64,000 nt of DNA, taken from an uncultured Spirochaetia bacterium (lineage in GTDB: Bacteria; Oederibacteriota; PGYV01; CAYNMZ01). The stretch covers positions 394 to 64,393 of the forward strand of contig CAYNMZ010000001.1 in the NCBI GenBank assembly GCA_964398505.1. The letters run 5' to 3'. Positions 53,928 to 63,387 of the stretch are shown piece after piece; positions within the stretch are counted from its first letter, which is position 1, and each line of letters starts with the position of its first letter. The notes beneath the pieces were generated by a model. It saw nothing but the letters and a program-made list of their open reading frames with translations, was not told the DNA's origin and searched no databases. Made by a program: the position numbers and the translations under genes.

Positions 53928-53997
53928 ATTGTTCCACGTGGAACAATCATAGGTTGGAATGAATATATCAATGGGTCATTGTTCCACGTGGAACAAT
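53928..53997. promoter_or_regulatory. Two copies of a perfect 20-bp palindrome ATTGTTCCACGTGGAACAAT (candidate operator pair) upstream of recF
   Basis: Exact copies at 53928-53947 and 53978-53997 (centres 50 bp apart); first abuts a TTGACA -35 (53899-53904) region, second overlaps the recF RBS region; motif found nowhere else in the window. Confidence 0.6.
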
Positions 53998-54016
53998 GCC
54001 TTGCTATGGAGACAAA

Positions 54017-55111
54017 ATGTATGTGAAGAACCTGTCTTTAAACAGTTTTAGAAGCTACAATAGCCTGTATATTGATTTTTTGCCGGGAGTAAATGTATTC
54101 CTTGGCAATAATGGCACAGGCAAAACCAATGTTTTAGAGGCATTGTACTGCCTGTCTGCAGGCAGGTCATTCAGGACATCAGAAGACGCTCTTCTTGTGA
54201 AGCACAACCTGAAAGCATATAAAATACATGCTGAGGTTTCTGATAATGGATTGGACAAGGAGTACAGCATTGAATACAATGCGGAAACTAAAAGGAAAAG
54301 CATAAAAGAAAACAACACAAAGCTCTCAAAAATGGCAGAACTCATTGGCAGGATACCTGTAGTGCTGTTTTCGCCGGAAAATATAATGACTATTAAGGCA
54401 GAACCGCAGCTAAGGAGAAAATTTATCGATGAATATATATACCAGATCAATAAGGAACACTATATAACCTCCACGAAATACGCAAAGGAAGTTGCGCATA
54501 GAAATTATCTTCTTAAACTTATACGGGAAAAAAAATCAACACAGGATAACCTGTCAATATGGAATGAGCAATTAGCTGAAAACGGCTCACGTATAATTGT
54601 TGAGAGGCTTAAAGCTGTTAAGGAATTAAACAGGATACTGGAAGAAAAATTATCCGACAATATGCCGGAAATCAAGCTAAACTATATTTCTAAGAAAGAA
54701 TGCGTAAGCGATGGCTCACAGATGAAAAAAATCCTTCTTGATTCATTAAACCAAAATATTGACGAAGAAATCGCGAGGGCTACTACCCTTTTTGGGCCTC
54801 ACAGGGATGATATTGAGATATTGTTCAACGGTGTCTCTGCAAAAAATTTCGCCTCAGAAGGACAGCAAAGGATAGCGGCGATAATGATGAAACTTGGTGA
54901 AGGCCTGGCAATAGTGGAAAAACGCGGCTCCTACCCTATAGTTCTTCTGGATGATTTTTCATCAGAACTTGATGATATAAACAGGGGCATAGTGGGTAAA
55001 ACATTTCTTAAGTTTAAACAGATAATAATTACAACAGCTGGCAGGGATAAACTGAAAGGCTTTGACGCTGTAAGGGAATTTAAGGTAACTGAGAACGGGA
55101 TAATAAGTTAG
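54017..55111 (+). CDS. recF: DNA replication and repair protein RecF
   Basis: MYVKNLSLNSFRSY...GNNGTGKTNVLEA Walker A; C-terminal ABC signature/Walker B (LLDDFSSELD); start set to ATG 54017, which has a GGAGA RBS (track start 53996 lies inside the palindrome). Confidence 0.9.
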   Translation: MYVKNLSLNSFRSYNSLYIDFLPGVNVFLGNNGTGKTNVLEALYCLSAGRSFRTSEDALLVKHNLKAYKIHAEVSDNGLDKEYSIEYNAETKRKSIKENNTKLSKMAELIGRIPVVLFSPENIMTIKAEPQLRRKFIDEYIYQINKEHYITSTKYAKEVAHRNYLLKLIREKKSTQDNLSIWNEQLAENGSRIIVERLKAVKELNRILEEKLSDNMPEIKLNYISKKECVSDGSQMKKILLDSLNQNIDEEIARATTLFGPHRDDIEILFNGVSAKNFASEGQQRIAAIMMKLGEGLAIVEKRGSYPIVLLDDFSSELDDINRGIVGKTFLKFKQIIITTAGRDKLKGFDAVREFKVTENGIIS

Positions 55112-55262
55112 ATACTAATATTATTGTTAGAGTTGTATAACATAAACAACCTTCAAAGAGGTCGTTAAAGCGCGGATTGATCAGGACACAAAAGCGCTTA
55201 ATTCCCCGCTGCCTTCCCGTCCTGGAGCGATAGCAAAAAACCGCGGCATATACGGCTCCGTA

Positions 55263-56642
55263 TTGTTGACCCGCAGGGCGGTTTGTGTTAAAATTTTATC
55301 AAGCGCTGAACAAAAAATTGGTTTTGCGGCGGAGGGAGTTTTGAGGATAAAAGCCCAGTTTATAACAGGAATAGTGACGATAATACTTGTTTCCGTCGCG
55401 GCGATAACTTTTGTGCTTGCCAGGGACGCTGAAAGCATTCTCATGCAGTCGGTTGAAAACAGGGCCGGCCTCGTTATCAATTACCTCTCGGGCGTCGTTG
55501 TGGACCCCATGCTGAAAAAGGACGAACTTCAGCTGAATTATTTCATTAAAAAAGTTTCTGACACACCGGGCCTTTCTTTCATCATAATCAGCGACAATTC
55601 CGGCAATATAATAGGCGCCAGCAGCGTGTCGGACATAGGTAAAAACATAAAAAAGGATTTTCCCGAGCTTGCTTCCCTTCCGGAAAGCGGCTCAGATACG
55701 GCGGAGCTTGATTACAGGGGCAGGCGCATAAGGGCAAAAGTTTTTTACAGCCCTATTGAGGTTAAGTCAGGGACCCAGAGCGCAGCCGCAGGCAGGATAG
55801 ACGCGGGTTTTGACCTGTCGGTGATTGAAAGCGCGGTCTACGGCGTATACATAAAAAGCGGGGTGATAGCGGCGATAGTGATAATTTTTTCCATAATAAT
55901 CACCTTCCTTTTTGCCAATACAATAACAAGGCCGCTTGAGAAGCTGATTGAAGGCACTGAAACCGTTGCCGCGGGAAATTTAAGGCACAAGATCAAGCTG
56001 AATGTAAACAACGAATTCAGGTCGCTGGCCAACAGTTTTAATTCCATGACAGAAAAGCTGAATGACTATTATGACGGAGTCTTAAACGCCTTTGCTTTCG
56101 CGCTTGACTCAAAGGACAAGTACACTCCTGGACATTCCAAGCGCGTGGCGATGTTCGCCATGGAACTGGCAAAGAGCGCCGGTATGGGCGCCAGGCAGGT
56201 TGAGAACCTCAGGATAGCGGCGCTCCTGAAGGATGTCGGGAACATAAGCGTTGACAGCAACATTTTTGTTAAAAAGGAGGCGCTTACCCCTGATGATATA
56301 ATAAAAATACAAAAACATCCTGAAATAAGCGCAAGAATATTGAAAAATATACCACAGCTAAAGGATGTTGTTCCAATAATACTGCAGCACCATGAAAGAT
56401 ACGACGGCTTGGGTTATCCCGCAGGCCTTAAAGGGGATGAGATATTAAAAGAGGCTAAAATTCTGGCGATAGCTGACGCTTATGACGCAATGATAACCCC
56501 AAGGGAACACAGGGCTGCTCTCTCCAAGGAAGAATGTATTTATGAATTGCGTGAAAACAAAGGCAAGCAGTTTGATCCCCTGCTGACGGAAAAGTTTATT
56601 GAGCTGATATTAATTAAAGAAGGTGTTGATGTACAAAGGTAA
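55263..56642 (+). CDS. Membrane-bound HAMP-domain HD-GYP phosphodiesterase
   Basis: TM helix, periplasmic-like segment, second TM, HAMP, then HD-GYP (HSKRVA...HHERYDGLGYP); the track start (TTG 55263) lies inside the predicted promoter, so the true start is more likely TTG 55341 (GGAGG RBS). Confidence 0.75.
   Translation: MLTRRAVCVKILSSAEQKIGFAAEGVLRIKAQFITGIVTIILVSVAAITFVLARDAESILMQSVENRAGLVINYLSGVVVDPMLKKDELQLNYFIKKVSDTPGLSFIIISDNSGNIIGASSVSDIGKNIKKDFPELASLPESGSDTAELDYRGRRIRAKVFYSPIEVKSGTQSAAAGRIDAGFDLSVIESAVYGVYIKSGVIAAIVIIFSIIITFLFANTITRPLEKLIEGTETVAAGNLRHKIKLNVNNEFRSLANSFNSMTEKLNDYYDGVLNAFAFALDSKDKYTPGHSKRVAMFAMELAKSAGMGARQVENLRIAALLKDVGNISVDSNIFVKKEALTPDDIIKIQKHPEISARILKNIPQLKDVVPIILQHHERYDGLGYPAGLKGDEILKEAKILAIADAYDAMITPREHRAALSKEECIYELRENKGKQFDPLLTEKFIELILIKEGVDVQR
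55266..55294 (+). promoter_or_regulatory. Sigma70-like promoter TTGACC-17-TAAAAT for the HD-GYP/cyclase operon
   Basis: TTGACC 55266-55271, 17-nt spacer, TAAAAT 55289-55294. Confidence 0.45.
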
Positions 56643-58152
56643 GAAGTTACGTTTAGGACTTGGATTTAAATTCGGTTTTTTTGTGGGATTGCTGCTTATA
56701 ACCATACTTTCAGGTATTAGCGTGTTCATTTACAACCAGCAGAGAGAAGCCATTGCCCGGGAAGTCACACAAAGGGGCGCGGCTATTGCCGAAAACCTCG
56801 CCAACAATGCGTCAGAGGCGCTCACCGCAAACGAGGAACTGACACTTTTTGTGCTTGCAAAACAGGCAGTTCAGGAACCATTAGGGCAAAATGACGAAGA
56901 TAAAAATTTGGCTGAAAAGATTATCGCCATATTACGTGATGACCTGATACAGAAAAAACAAAGAAGATTAATAAAAAATGATGGTATATTGGAAGCGGTT
57001 ATAGTCAGGAAAAAGGACGGAAAAATAGTTTCAGCAAGCGATGTCGCAAAAAAAGATACGATTTATAAGCCGGTTGAAGGAATAATAAAACTAAATTTTG
57101 GGCCAGGTGATGACACTGTCATACAGGAATTCACTGAAAAAAACAGGCATTATTATGATATAGGAACTCCTATTCTGGCGCTTGGCAGAGAAATTGGTGA
57201 AGTTCATTTAAAGGTGTCACAGGAAGTGATTTCAAGGGTTGTCCTTGCAAATGCGGTCAAGGTTAGCCTGATAGCTTTGGCGGCCCTTATAGCAGGAATA
57301 TTGTTTACTGTTTTGCCTGTAAATTATATAATAAATCCTATAAAGGAACTGGAAAAAGGCGTTAAAGCATTAGGCGAAGGCAATTATGACATAGTCATAA
57401 CGAGTTATTCAAATGATGAAATAGGTGATTTGACATCCGCTTTTAACGCTACAGCCAAAAGCCTGAAGGAAAAGGATCTTTTAAAGGGAGCGTTTTCAGC
57501 GTATATGCCTTCCAGCGTAATGGATGAGATACTTAAGGATCCCTCTAAGCCTTCGCTTCACGGCAATAGGTTAAAGGCGACAATGTTATTTACAGATATA
57601 AGGGGTTTTACCTCAATGTCGGATGAACTTGAACCAGAGCAGCTGGTGAATGTTATAAACGCGTATTTTACAGTACAAACGGATAAAGTTTTCAAGTGGA
57701 AAGGGCTCTTTGACAAGTTCGTAGGCAACTGTATCATGGCAGTTTTTGGCATTCCTTTTCCCCAGCCTGACGATTCATACAGGGCCGTAAGGACGGCGCT
57801 TGACATAAAAGAAGGCGTGGATGCACTTAATGAGATAAGGCAAAAAAGTGGGCACAGGACAGTACATATTGGGATAGGCATAAATACAGGAGAGGTTTTT
57901 GCGGGGAATATGGGAACCACACAAAAAATGGGTTATACCGTCATAGGCGACAATGTTAACCTTGCCGCCAGTCTTGAGTTAAATGCGCCAGGCGGGCATA
58001 TATATGTCAGTGAAAGTACGTACATTGAAACCAAAGACAGGATAGAATATGCTAAGCTTGAGCCCATTATGGTTAAGGGCAAAAAGGATCCTGTGAAGGT
58101 TTTTGAACCAACGGGATTGAAATTACAAAAGGTGATTAATGCCGGAAAATGA
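56623..58152 (+). CDS. Membrane-bound HAMP-domain class III adenylate/guanylate cyclase
   Basis: TM, extracytoplasmic segment, TM, HAMP, CHD (LFTDIRGFTSMSDE...FVGNCIMAVFG...GNMGT); overlaps HD-GYP gene end by 20 nt. Confidence 0.8.
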   Translation: MLMYKGKKLRLGLGFKFGFFVGLLLITILSGISVFIYNQQREAIAREVTQRGAAIAENLANNASEALTANEELTLFVLAKQAVQEPLGQNDEDKNLAEKIIAILRDDLIQKKQRRLIKNDGILEAVIVRKKDGKIVSASDVAKKDTIYKPVEGIIKLNFGPGDDTVIQEFTEKNRHYYDIGTPILALGREIGEVHLKVSQEVISRVVLANAVKVSLIALAALIAGILFTVLPVNYIINPIKELEKGVKALGEGNYDIVITSYSNDEIGDLTSAFNATAKSLKEKDLLKGAFSAYMPSSVMDEILKDPSKPSLHGNRLKATMLFTDIRGFTSMSDELEPEQLVNVINAYFTVQTDKVFKWKGLFDKFVGNCIMAVFGIPFPQPDDSYRAVRTALDIKEGVDALNEIRQKSGHRTVHIGIGINTGEVFAGNMGTTQKMGYTVIGDNVNLAASLELNAPGGHIYVSESTYIETKDRIEYAKLEPIMVKGKKDPVKVFEPTGLKLQKVINAGK

Positions 58153-59392
58153 AAGCAAAAAGGATATCCTAAAGACAGTCACAAGGCTGGCCCAGGCAGG
58201 TGAGTGGGTAAAGGTAATAAAAGAATACGAAAAACTGCTTGCTTTGGAGCCGGATGATATAAGCGTGCTTAATTCTATGGGGGATGCCTTGTCCAAGCTG
58301 GATGAGGACAGGAAGGCATTTGAATGCTATATCAAGGTTCTTGAGGATTATAAAAAGAAGGGGACGATTACAAAGATACCCTTTCTGTACAGAAAAATAG
58401 CCAAGCTTAATCCGAGGAAATTTGACCTTGAAGGCAAGGCGTTGCACGCCAAGCTCTCAAAGATAGTGGAAGCGCAGGATTTTTTTGACAAGGGAGACTA
58501 TACCAGAGCCATACCTGCGCTGAAGGAAGCCCATAAATTGGATCCAGGCAGCGTAGAAGTTCTGGCGAAGCTTGGCGAAGCCTGCGAAAAGCAGCTGCTG
58601 ATAGGTGATGCCGTTGAAGCGTATGTGAAAGCAATAAAAATATACTCATCCTCAAACAGGCAGTCAGAGGCCATAGAAATTGCAAGGAAAGTCTTAAACA
58701 TAGATAAGACAAACATCGACGCTTCGGCAATGATGGCTGAGGACCTTATAAGGCAGGGTAAAAATGACGAGGCTGCTGAGATGTTCAAGGATGTATTAAT
58801 AAATGTGGCCGAGAGAAATGACGTGAAACTTGGCGCGGAAATAGCAAGAAGGGCAATGGAATTGCAGATAGAATACGGTAAGCAGTTTTACGCTTATTTC
58901 CTTTTCAAGGACAACAGGATTGAAGAAGCAAAGAGAATGCTTGAATCCGAGTATGCCCTGACACAGGAGGAAAAGGTTTTACTTGGAAAGATATATTACA
59001 AGACACACGAATATCCGAAGGCAAAGGCCGTACTTCTTTCGCTGGACCCGGAAGTGATAAACCAGAATGTGGAGATAATGGAGCAGATAGGAGACGTGCT
59101 TCTCAAACTTACTGAACATAAAGCAGCCGGCGAATATTATTTCAGGGCTTTCCGGCTGTTGAAGCAAGAAGCAAAGCTTGACGCCGCGATTTCAATGGGA
59201 AATAAGGTTCAGAACGTGGACAGCGAGAATCCTGCGCTTCATGAAGCGCTTGCCGAGATATATACAGCCAAGAATATGAAGAACCAGATACTGGACGAGT
59301 ACATAAAGCTGGTCCGTATATACGAGAAAACCGGAAAAAAGGAAGAACTGTCACGCGCCCAGCAGATGCTCTCCAGGCTTAAAATGCTGTGA
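58139..59392 (+). CDS. TPR-repeat protein
   Basis: 417 aa of successive TPR-like helices; translationally coupled to the cyclase (overlap 14 nt). Confidence 0.6.
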   Translation: MPENESKKDILKTVTRLAQAGEWVKVIKEYEKLLALEPDDISVLNSMGDALSKLDEDRKAFECYIKVLEDYKKKGTITKIPFLYRKIAKLNPRKFDLEGKALHAKLSKIVEAQDFFDKGDYTRAIPALKEAHKLDPGSVEVLAKLGEACEKQLLIGDAVEAYVKAIKIYSSSNRQSEAIEIARKVLNIDKTNIDASAMMAEDLIRQGKNDEAAEMFKDVLINVAERNDVKLGAEIARRAMELQIEYGKQFYAYFLFKDNRIEEAKRMLESEYALTQEEKVLLGKIYYKTHEYPKAKAVLLSLDPEVINQNVEIMEQIGDVLLKLTEHKAAGEYYFRAFRLLKQEAKLDAAISMGNKVQNVDSENPALHEALAEIYTAKNMKNQILDEYIKLVRIYEKTGKKEELSRAQQMLSRLKML

Positions 59393-59754
59393 AACCTTTT
59401 GAATGTTCTGTTTGCGGCAAAAAAGCCGCAATTACCGAAGCTGACGTAAGATGGCACTATGAGCCGTCAAGCGGCCGCGCCGCTTTCCTTCATATCAGCC
59501 ATAACAATTACCCGTGCAATGAAAAAGGCGAAGGCTGCTTCTTTAACAGGGCGCTTCCAATGGAATACGTATGGAAACATATGCCAGAGTTTATCGCGTA
59601 TATAAAACGCCTTGAAGTGAAAGAAAAGGAACTGAAAGAATTTGTGAAGCTTGTGGAAAAGGACCGCTCGTATATAAGGCGCCACACAGTTGACAAAAAA
59701 GAGGTAAAAAAGCTCATTATAAGGCTTGAGGGCTCTGGCCGGTGCGCTTTATAA
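59389..59754 (+). CDS. Small Cys-containing (zinc-ribbon-like) hypothetical protein
   Basis: 121 aa; CxxC (CSVCGKK) near N-terminus plus additional Cys/His; ATGA overlap with upstream gene. Confidence 0.4.
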   Translation: MKPFECSVCGKKAAITEADVRWHYEPSSGRAAFLHISHNNYPCNEKGEGCFFNRALPMEYVWKHMPEFIAYIKRLEVKEKELKEFVKLVEKDRSYIRRHTVDKKEVKKLIIRLEGSGRCAL

Positions 59755-59766
59755 AGGAGGAAAATA

Positions 59767-60222
59767 TTGGATTGCGCTGAGTGCAGGAAAAAGCTTAAAG
59801 AGTACGCCGAAGGCGTCATTGAACCAAAACTCGCTGCAGGCATTGAGGAGCATGTTGAAAAATGCCCCATATGCAAAAAGGAGCTTCTGCTGTGGCAGGA
59901 TGTAATGGACAAGCAGGCGGCGATCAGGGGCCTTCAGAGGACGCTTCCATCAGAATTAAGGGAGAGGCTGAAATACAGGGCAAAGCTCCTTGAAAAGGAA
60001 ATGACAGGACCGCCGGTTGCGGGAAGGCTCAAGGCGTTTTCAACCGCATGGGGGTCGCCGAAAGTAAGGCTGATTTTGCATATTTTTTTCCTGATGGCCG
60101 TGATGCTTTTTTCCCTGTGGGTTTTAAGGGGAGGCAAAAACATATTGGCGACTGTTCTGGTAATTTTCGGGTTCGCTGTTGTTTTTATAGTCATGATATT
60201 CAAAAGGGTAAAAAAGAAATGA
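59767..60222 (+). CDS. Putative zinc-finger (zf-HC2-like) anti-sigma-factor-type membrane protein
   Basis: N-terminal CAECRKKL...HVEKCPICKKE Cys pairs, C-terminal TM helices; TTG start 6 nt after AAGGAGGAAAATA. Confidence 0.4.
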   Translation: MDCAECRKKLKEYAEGVIEPKLAAGIEEHVEKCPICKKELLLWQDVMDKQAAIRGLQRTLPSELRERLKYRAKLLEKEMTGPPVAGRLKAFSTAWGSPKVRLILHIFFLMAVMLFSLWVLRGGKNILATVLVIFGFAVVFIVMIFKRVKKK

Positions 60223-60665
60223 CTAAAAAAACAATCATATGCCTTGCCGCCGCGCTATTTTTTTGCAGCGGCTGCGGCTTCCACCGGCGCGTAGTCAAAA
60301 AAGCCCCAGAAAAAAAGGCGCAGCCTTCAGGGGCTGAGAAATCGCCTGAAAGAGCCGATAAACTGAGGTCAAAAGGAGACTATACCGCGGCTGCCTCAAA
60401 GTATAATGAGGCCATTAAAATTAAAAAAGACATGTGGCAGGTCTGGCTGGGGCTCGGAATATGAATGCAGGAGACAGGCAGGGAAAACAACGCGTTTTTG
60501 CTCTTTAAAAAAAAGTTTGAGCTGAATCCGGGCCAGGAAGAGGCGAAAAGGCGGGTTGAAATAATAAACAGGGTTGAAAATTTTGACAAAAGGAAAAGGG
60601 CAGAAAAACCCAAGGAAAAATTTGACATGATGCGGAGGTCATTTCTTCTTCCCGTCCTCGGATAG
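60219..60665 (+). pseudogene. TPR lipoprotein interrupted by an in-frame TGA (60462-60464)
   Basis: Lipobox LFFCSGC; TPR consensus W4-L7-G8-(Y11)-G15-A20-F24-P32 is satisfied across the stop (WLGLGI-*-MQETGRENNAFLLFKKKFELNP); both halves are in the same frame. Confidence 0.4.
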
Positions 60666-61038
60666 TTTTACAACAAATAGTCTGCCAAGAAATACCTTTA
60701 CACATCTGCATATCTGTCCGGAATAGGCCTGTAAATAAAATTTACACTTGAACAGCAGGCTGCTGTAAACACGTATCAAAACACCACTTGCGATTTTGAC
60801 ACTAAATATACAGATGCTCAGAACGCCTCAATTTACGCCATAGCATCGCTGGCAGCAACAGGCGCTGTAATTGTCGTGTCTGTAATGGAGTATTTTTTCA
60901 GGAAGCGAAGTCAGCGGCGGTGTTTCGGTCATAAGGCTGAAGCCGGGGCCGTGCCTTGCGTTTGAAGCTTCCAGGGAGTTTTAGCATGAGGCAGGCGGCA
61001 GCCTTTACATTGCCGGCAAAAGGGAAGGCGATGAATAC

Positions 61039-61470
61039 GTGATAAGGCGTGACGGTTCAAATACTCCATTTTCAGTCTCTGAAACAGCTGAAGGCGCTTT
61101 TACCAAAATATCGGCAATGGCTTCTGCTGAAAACGGAAGAGTTTACAAGAGCGGTTACGTGCATTTGGTTGACGCAGTGGGCAACTTTTCCGCGTTTCCG
61201 CTTTCTGACATGCAGCAGCATGAGGCCCTTGGTATGGAGACTATGGACACATGTATGTATATTACCAATCCACTTGAAGACAGGATATACAAATATTCAA
61301 GTTCGGGAATTCCTGACATGTCAGGGCCTCTGTATGTCAGTTTTACCGCGAACGGCGTTTTTAAGCCGGTAAGGATTTTTGCACATTTTGGAAATTTCTA
61401 TATAGTGAATTTGTTGAATAAAAAAGAACTGCTTTGCCTGAATGCGGATCTTTCGTTGTCCGGAACGTAA
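61039..61470 (+). pseudogene. Fragment of a degraded paralogue of the downstream lipoprotein (62452..63381)
   Basis: 143-aa ORF similar in pattern to the downstream protein (RIYKYSSSGIPDMSGPLYVSF versus EIHKFMMDGTPTLTIANG); flanking 60700-61696 carries further related pieces (…KLLYVLDSGSIKIFGE) in other frames. Confidence 0.3.
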
Positions 61471-61696
61471 TTTTTGAATGTGAGGTGAATGACGGATGCG
61501 TGCCGATGGCATGGCCGCAATAGCAGTTAAAAGCGCTATTTTTAAGGTTGACGCGGCGCTGAATGTGGTATTAAAATAGTGCGATTACGGCTTTGGGCCC
61601 GCAAGGATGATTGACGCTAAGATGGCCGAGTTTGACAGCGGGGAAAAGCTGCTGTATGTCCTGGACAGCGGCTCAATTAAAATATTCGGAGAATAA

Positions 61697-62458
61697 ATGA
61701 ACAGGCTTTTTTTCGGGGTATGTTTAATCGTTTCATTGTCAGGCACGGTTATGGCCACTGATACAGCGCGGCCTGATTCCGGCGTATCCGTGCCCGGACA
61801 GAAGCCGGGTCCAACGCAGTATTATGCTGCAGGCGAAAAATTCTATTCAGCTTTCAGGTATGAGCAGGCGCTAAAATACTATTTGCAGGCGATCAAGCTT
61901 GACAAGACATACCTGGATGCCTGGAAAAAAGTGTCATTTTGTTATTATAAATTGAACAATCACAGGATGGCTTACGCGGCTTTTAAAAAAGTCTTGCAGC
62001 TTGACCCAAATGACAAGGAAGCGCTTGATTTTATGAATTATTACTCCTCAATTACCGAAAAAAACAGGAAAAAGAACGAAAAAAGGGAGCCTTTTGACTC
62101 TATATGGAGGTCAGCGGTGCTGCCCGGATGGGGACAATTTCACAATAACCAGCATATAAAGGGAATTATGGCTGCCGCAGGTGTCATTATCGGCGGCGGG
62201 TTGACCGCATATTCGGTTATTGAACAGCACCAGAAATATGACAAGTACCTGACCATCAACGAGAACCAGGACCTTGCCTACAGGGACGCGGAGGCCGCGT
62301 GGAATACAGCTCTTATATGGACAATAGTTACCGCTGTTTTTTACGCAGGAGGAATAATAGACGCGGCTATAAATTATGACTGCATTGAGGCCAGGGTTGC
62401 TTTTAATTCTGGCGTCGTCGGTGACGGGCCCGCTGTTATGGCCTGCATTAGGTGGTGA
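61697..62458 (+). CDS. Secreted/membrane-anchored TPR protein
   Basis: Signal peptide MNRLFFGVCLIVSLSGTVMA, TPR repeats, then a TM segment. Confidence 0.5.
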   Translation: MNRLFFGVCLIVSLSGTVMATDTARPDSGVSVPGQKPGPTQYYAAGEKFYSAFRYEQALKYYLQAIKLDKTYLDAWKKVSFCYYKLNNHRMAYAAFKKVLQLDPNDKEALDFMNYYSSITEKNRKKNEKREPFDSIWRSAVLPGWGQFHNNQHIKGIMAAAGVIIGGGLTAYSVIEQHQKYDKYLTINENQDLAYRDAEAAWNTALIWTIVTAVFYAGGIIDAAINYDCIEARVAFNSGVVGDGPAVMACIRW

Positions 62459-63381
62459 AAATGAGAAAAATCATGACAGTGATTATTGCCTTTATTGCGG
62501 TTTTTTCCTGTAAGCCAATGGACAGGTTAAATCCTACTGACAAGGAAGCTTCAAATTTCATAGGATGGACATTTGAAGGCAGCATAGGATACTTTACTGA
62601 GCTTTCTGATTTTGTTATCGCCACAGATCCGTCAGACAGCAGGGACTACATTTTTGCCATTGACAGCGCCACTGAGGAAATTCATAAGTTTATGATGGAC
62701 GGCACTCCAACGCTTACAATAGCCAACGGCACTCCGAAAATGCTTGTAAACCCTTCCGGCATATGTTCAATGCAGGGCATATGTTTCATAGTTGACAGGG
62801 ATCCGTCCTATGACCTTGACGCTTTCCAGATAGACAATCCTCTGAACAACAAGTGGTGGTATGATATCGCGGGAGGAGAGAAGATAGAAACGTACAATAA
62901 CATGCTTTACACGGCGCAGAAAGACCCGCCCGCGGTTTATGTTTACGCTTATACTCCGCCGACATCCTATTCCTCGGCCGGCCAGTGGACTATCACGAAG
63001 GGTGACGCCTCATGCGATACCTGCATGGCCGCTGTTTCTGATATAACAGCTAGTACGACGCCGGGCGAATTCATGCTGACCGACCCTGTCCTGATGCGTA
63101 TTTCCATATTTGACTCTTCGGGAAACCACACGGGCAGGAACATAAATGTCGGCATGCCGGTTGTAAGCGCGGCCGGTTACGGAGACAGGGTATATGTGCC
63201 GACAACGGACGGGATAAGAATTTATAATTATAGTTCAGGCGAGTTCTTAAGAACGATAGCCAATTACGGGGTGGGTAACGGCCGCGTAGGGGCGCCCGGC
63301 AGGATAAGGCTTTACGCCGGAAAGAATATACTCGTAGGCAGCGGTACACATATAAAATTTTTCTCCACACAGGGTCTGTAA
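62452..63381 (+). CDS. Lipoprotein, beta-propeller (NHL-like) fold predicted
   Basis: Lipobox AVFSC; repeated strand-turn patterns (YIFAIDSATEEIHKF; GDRVYVPTTDGIRIYN); overlaps upstream gene by 7 nt. Confidence 0.45.
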   Translation: MVKMRKIMTVIIAFIAVFSCKPMDRLNPTDKEASNFIGWTFEGSIGYFTELSDFVIATDPSDSRDYIFAIDSATEEIHKFMMDGTPTLTIANGTPKMLVNPSGICSMQGICFIVDRDPSYDLDAFQIDNPLNNKWWYDIAGGEKIETYNNMLYTAQKDPPAVYVYAYTPPTSYSSAGQWTITKGDASCDTCMAAVSDITASTTPGEFMLTDPVLMRISIFDSSGNHTGRNINVGMPVVSAAGYGDRVYVPTTDGIRIYNYSSGEFLRTIANYGVGNGRVGAPGRIRLYAGKNILVGSGTHIKFFSTQGL

Positions 63382-63387
63382 AAAAGT

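Noticed and set aside
53996-54016. Upstream ATG start for recF (track start 53996)
   Set aside because: It lies inside the second palindrome and has no RBS. ATG 54017 has a GGAGA RBS and gives the canonical RecF N-terminus MYVKNLSL.
60462-60464. Possibility that TGA is recoded genome-wide (e.g. code 25, Gly)
   Set aside because: TGA terminates well-supported genes at the expected protein C-termini (e.g. the PIP-synthase gene ends KKKAK-TGA). Conserved proteins show no internal TGA. The in-frame TGA is therefore treated as a local event (pseudogene, error or readthrough).
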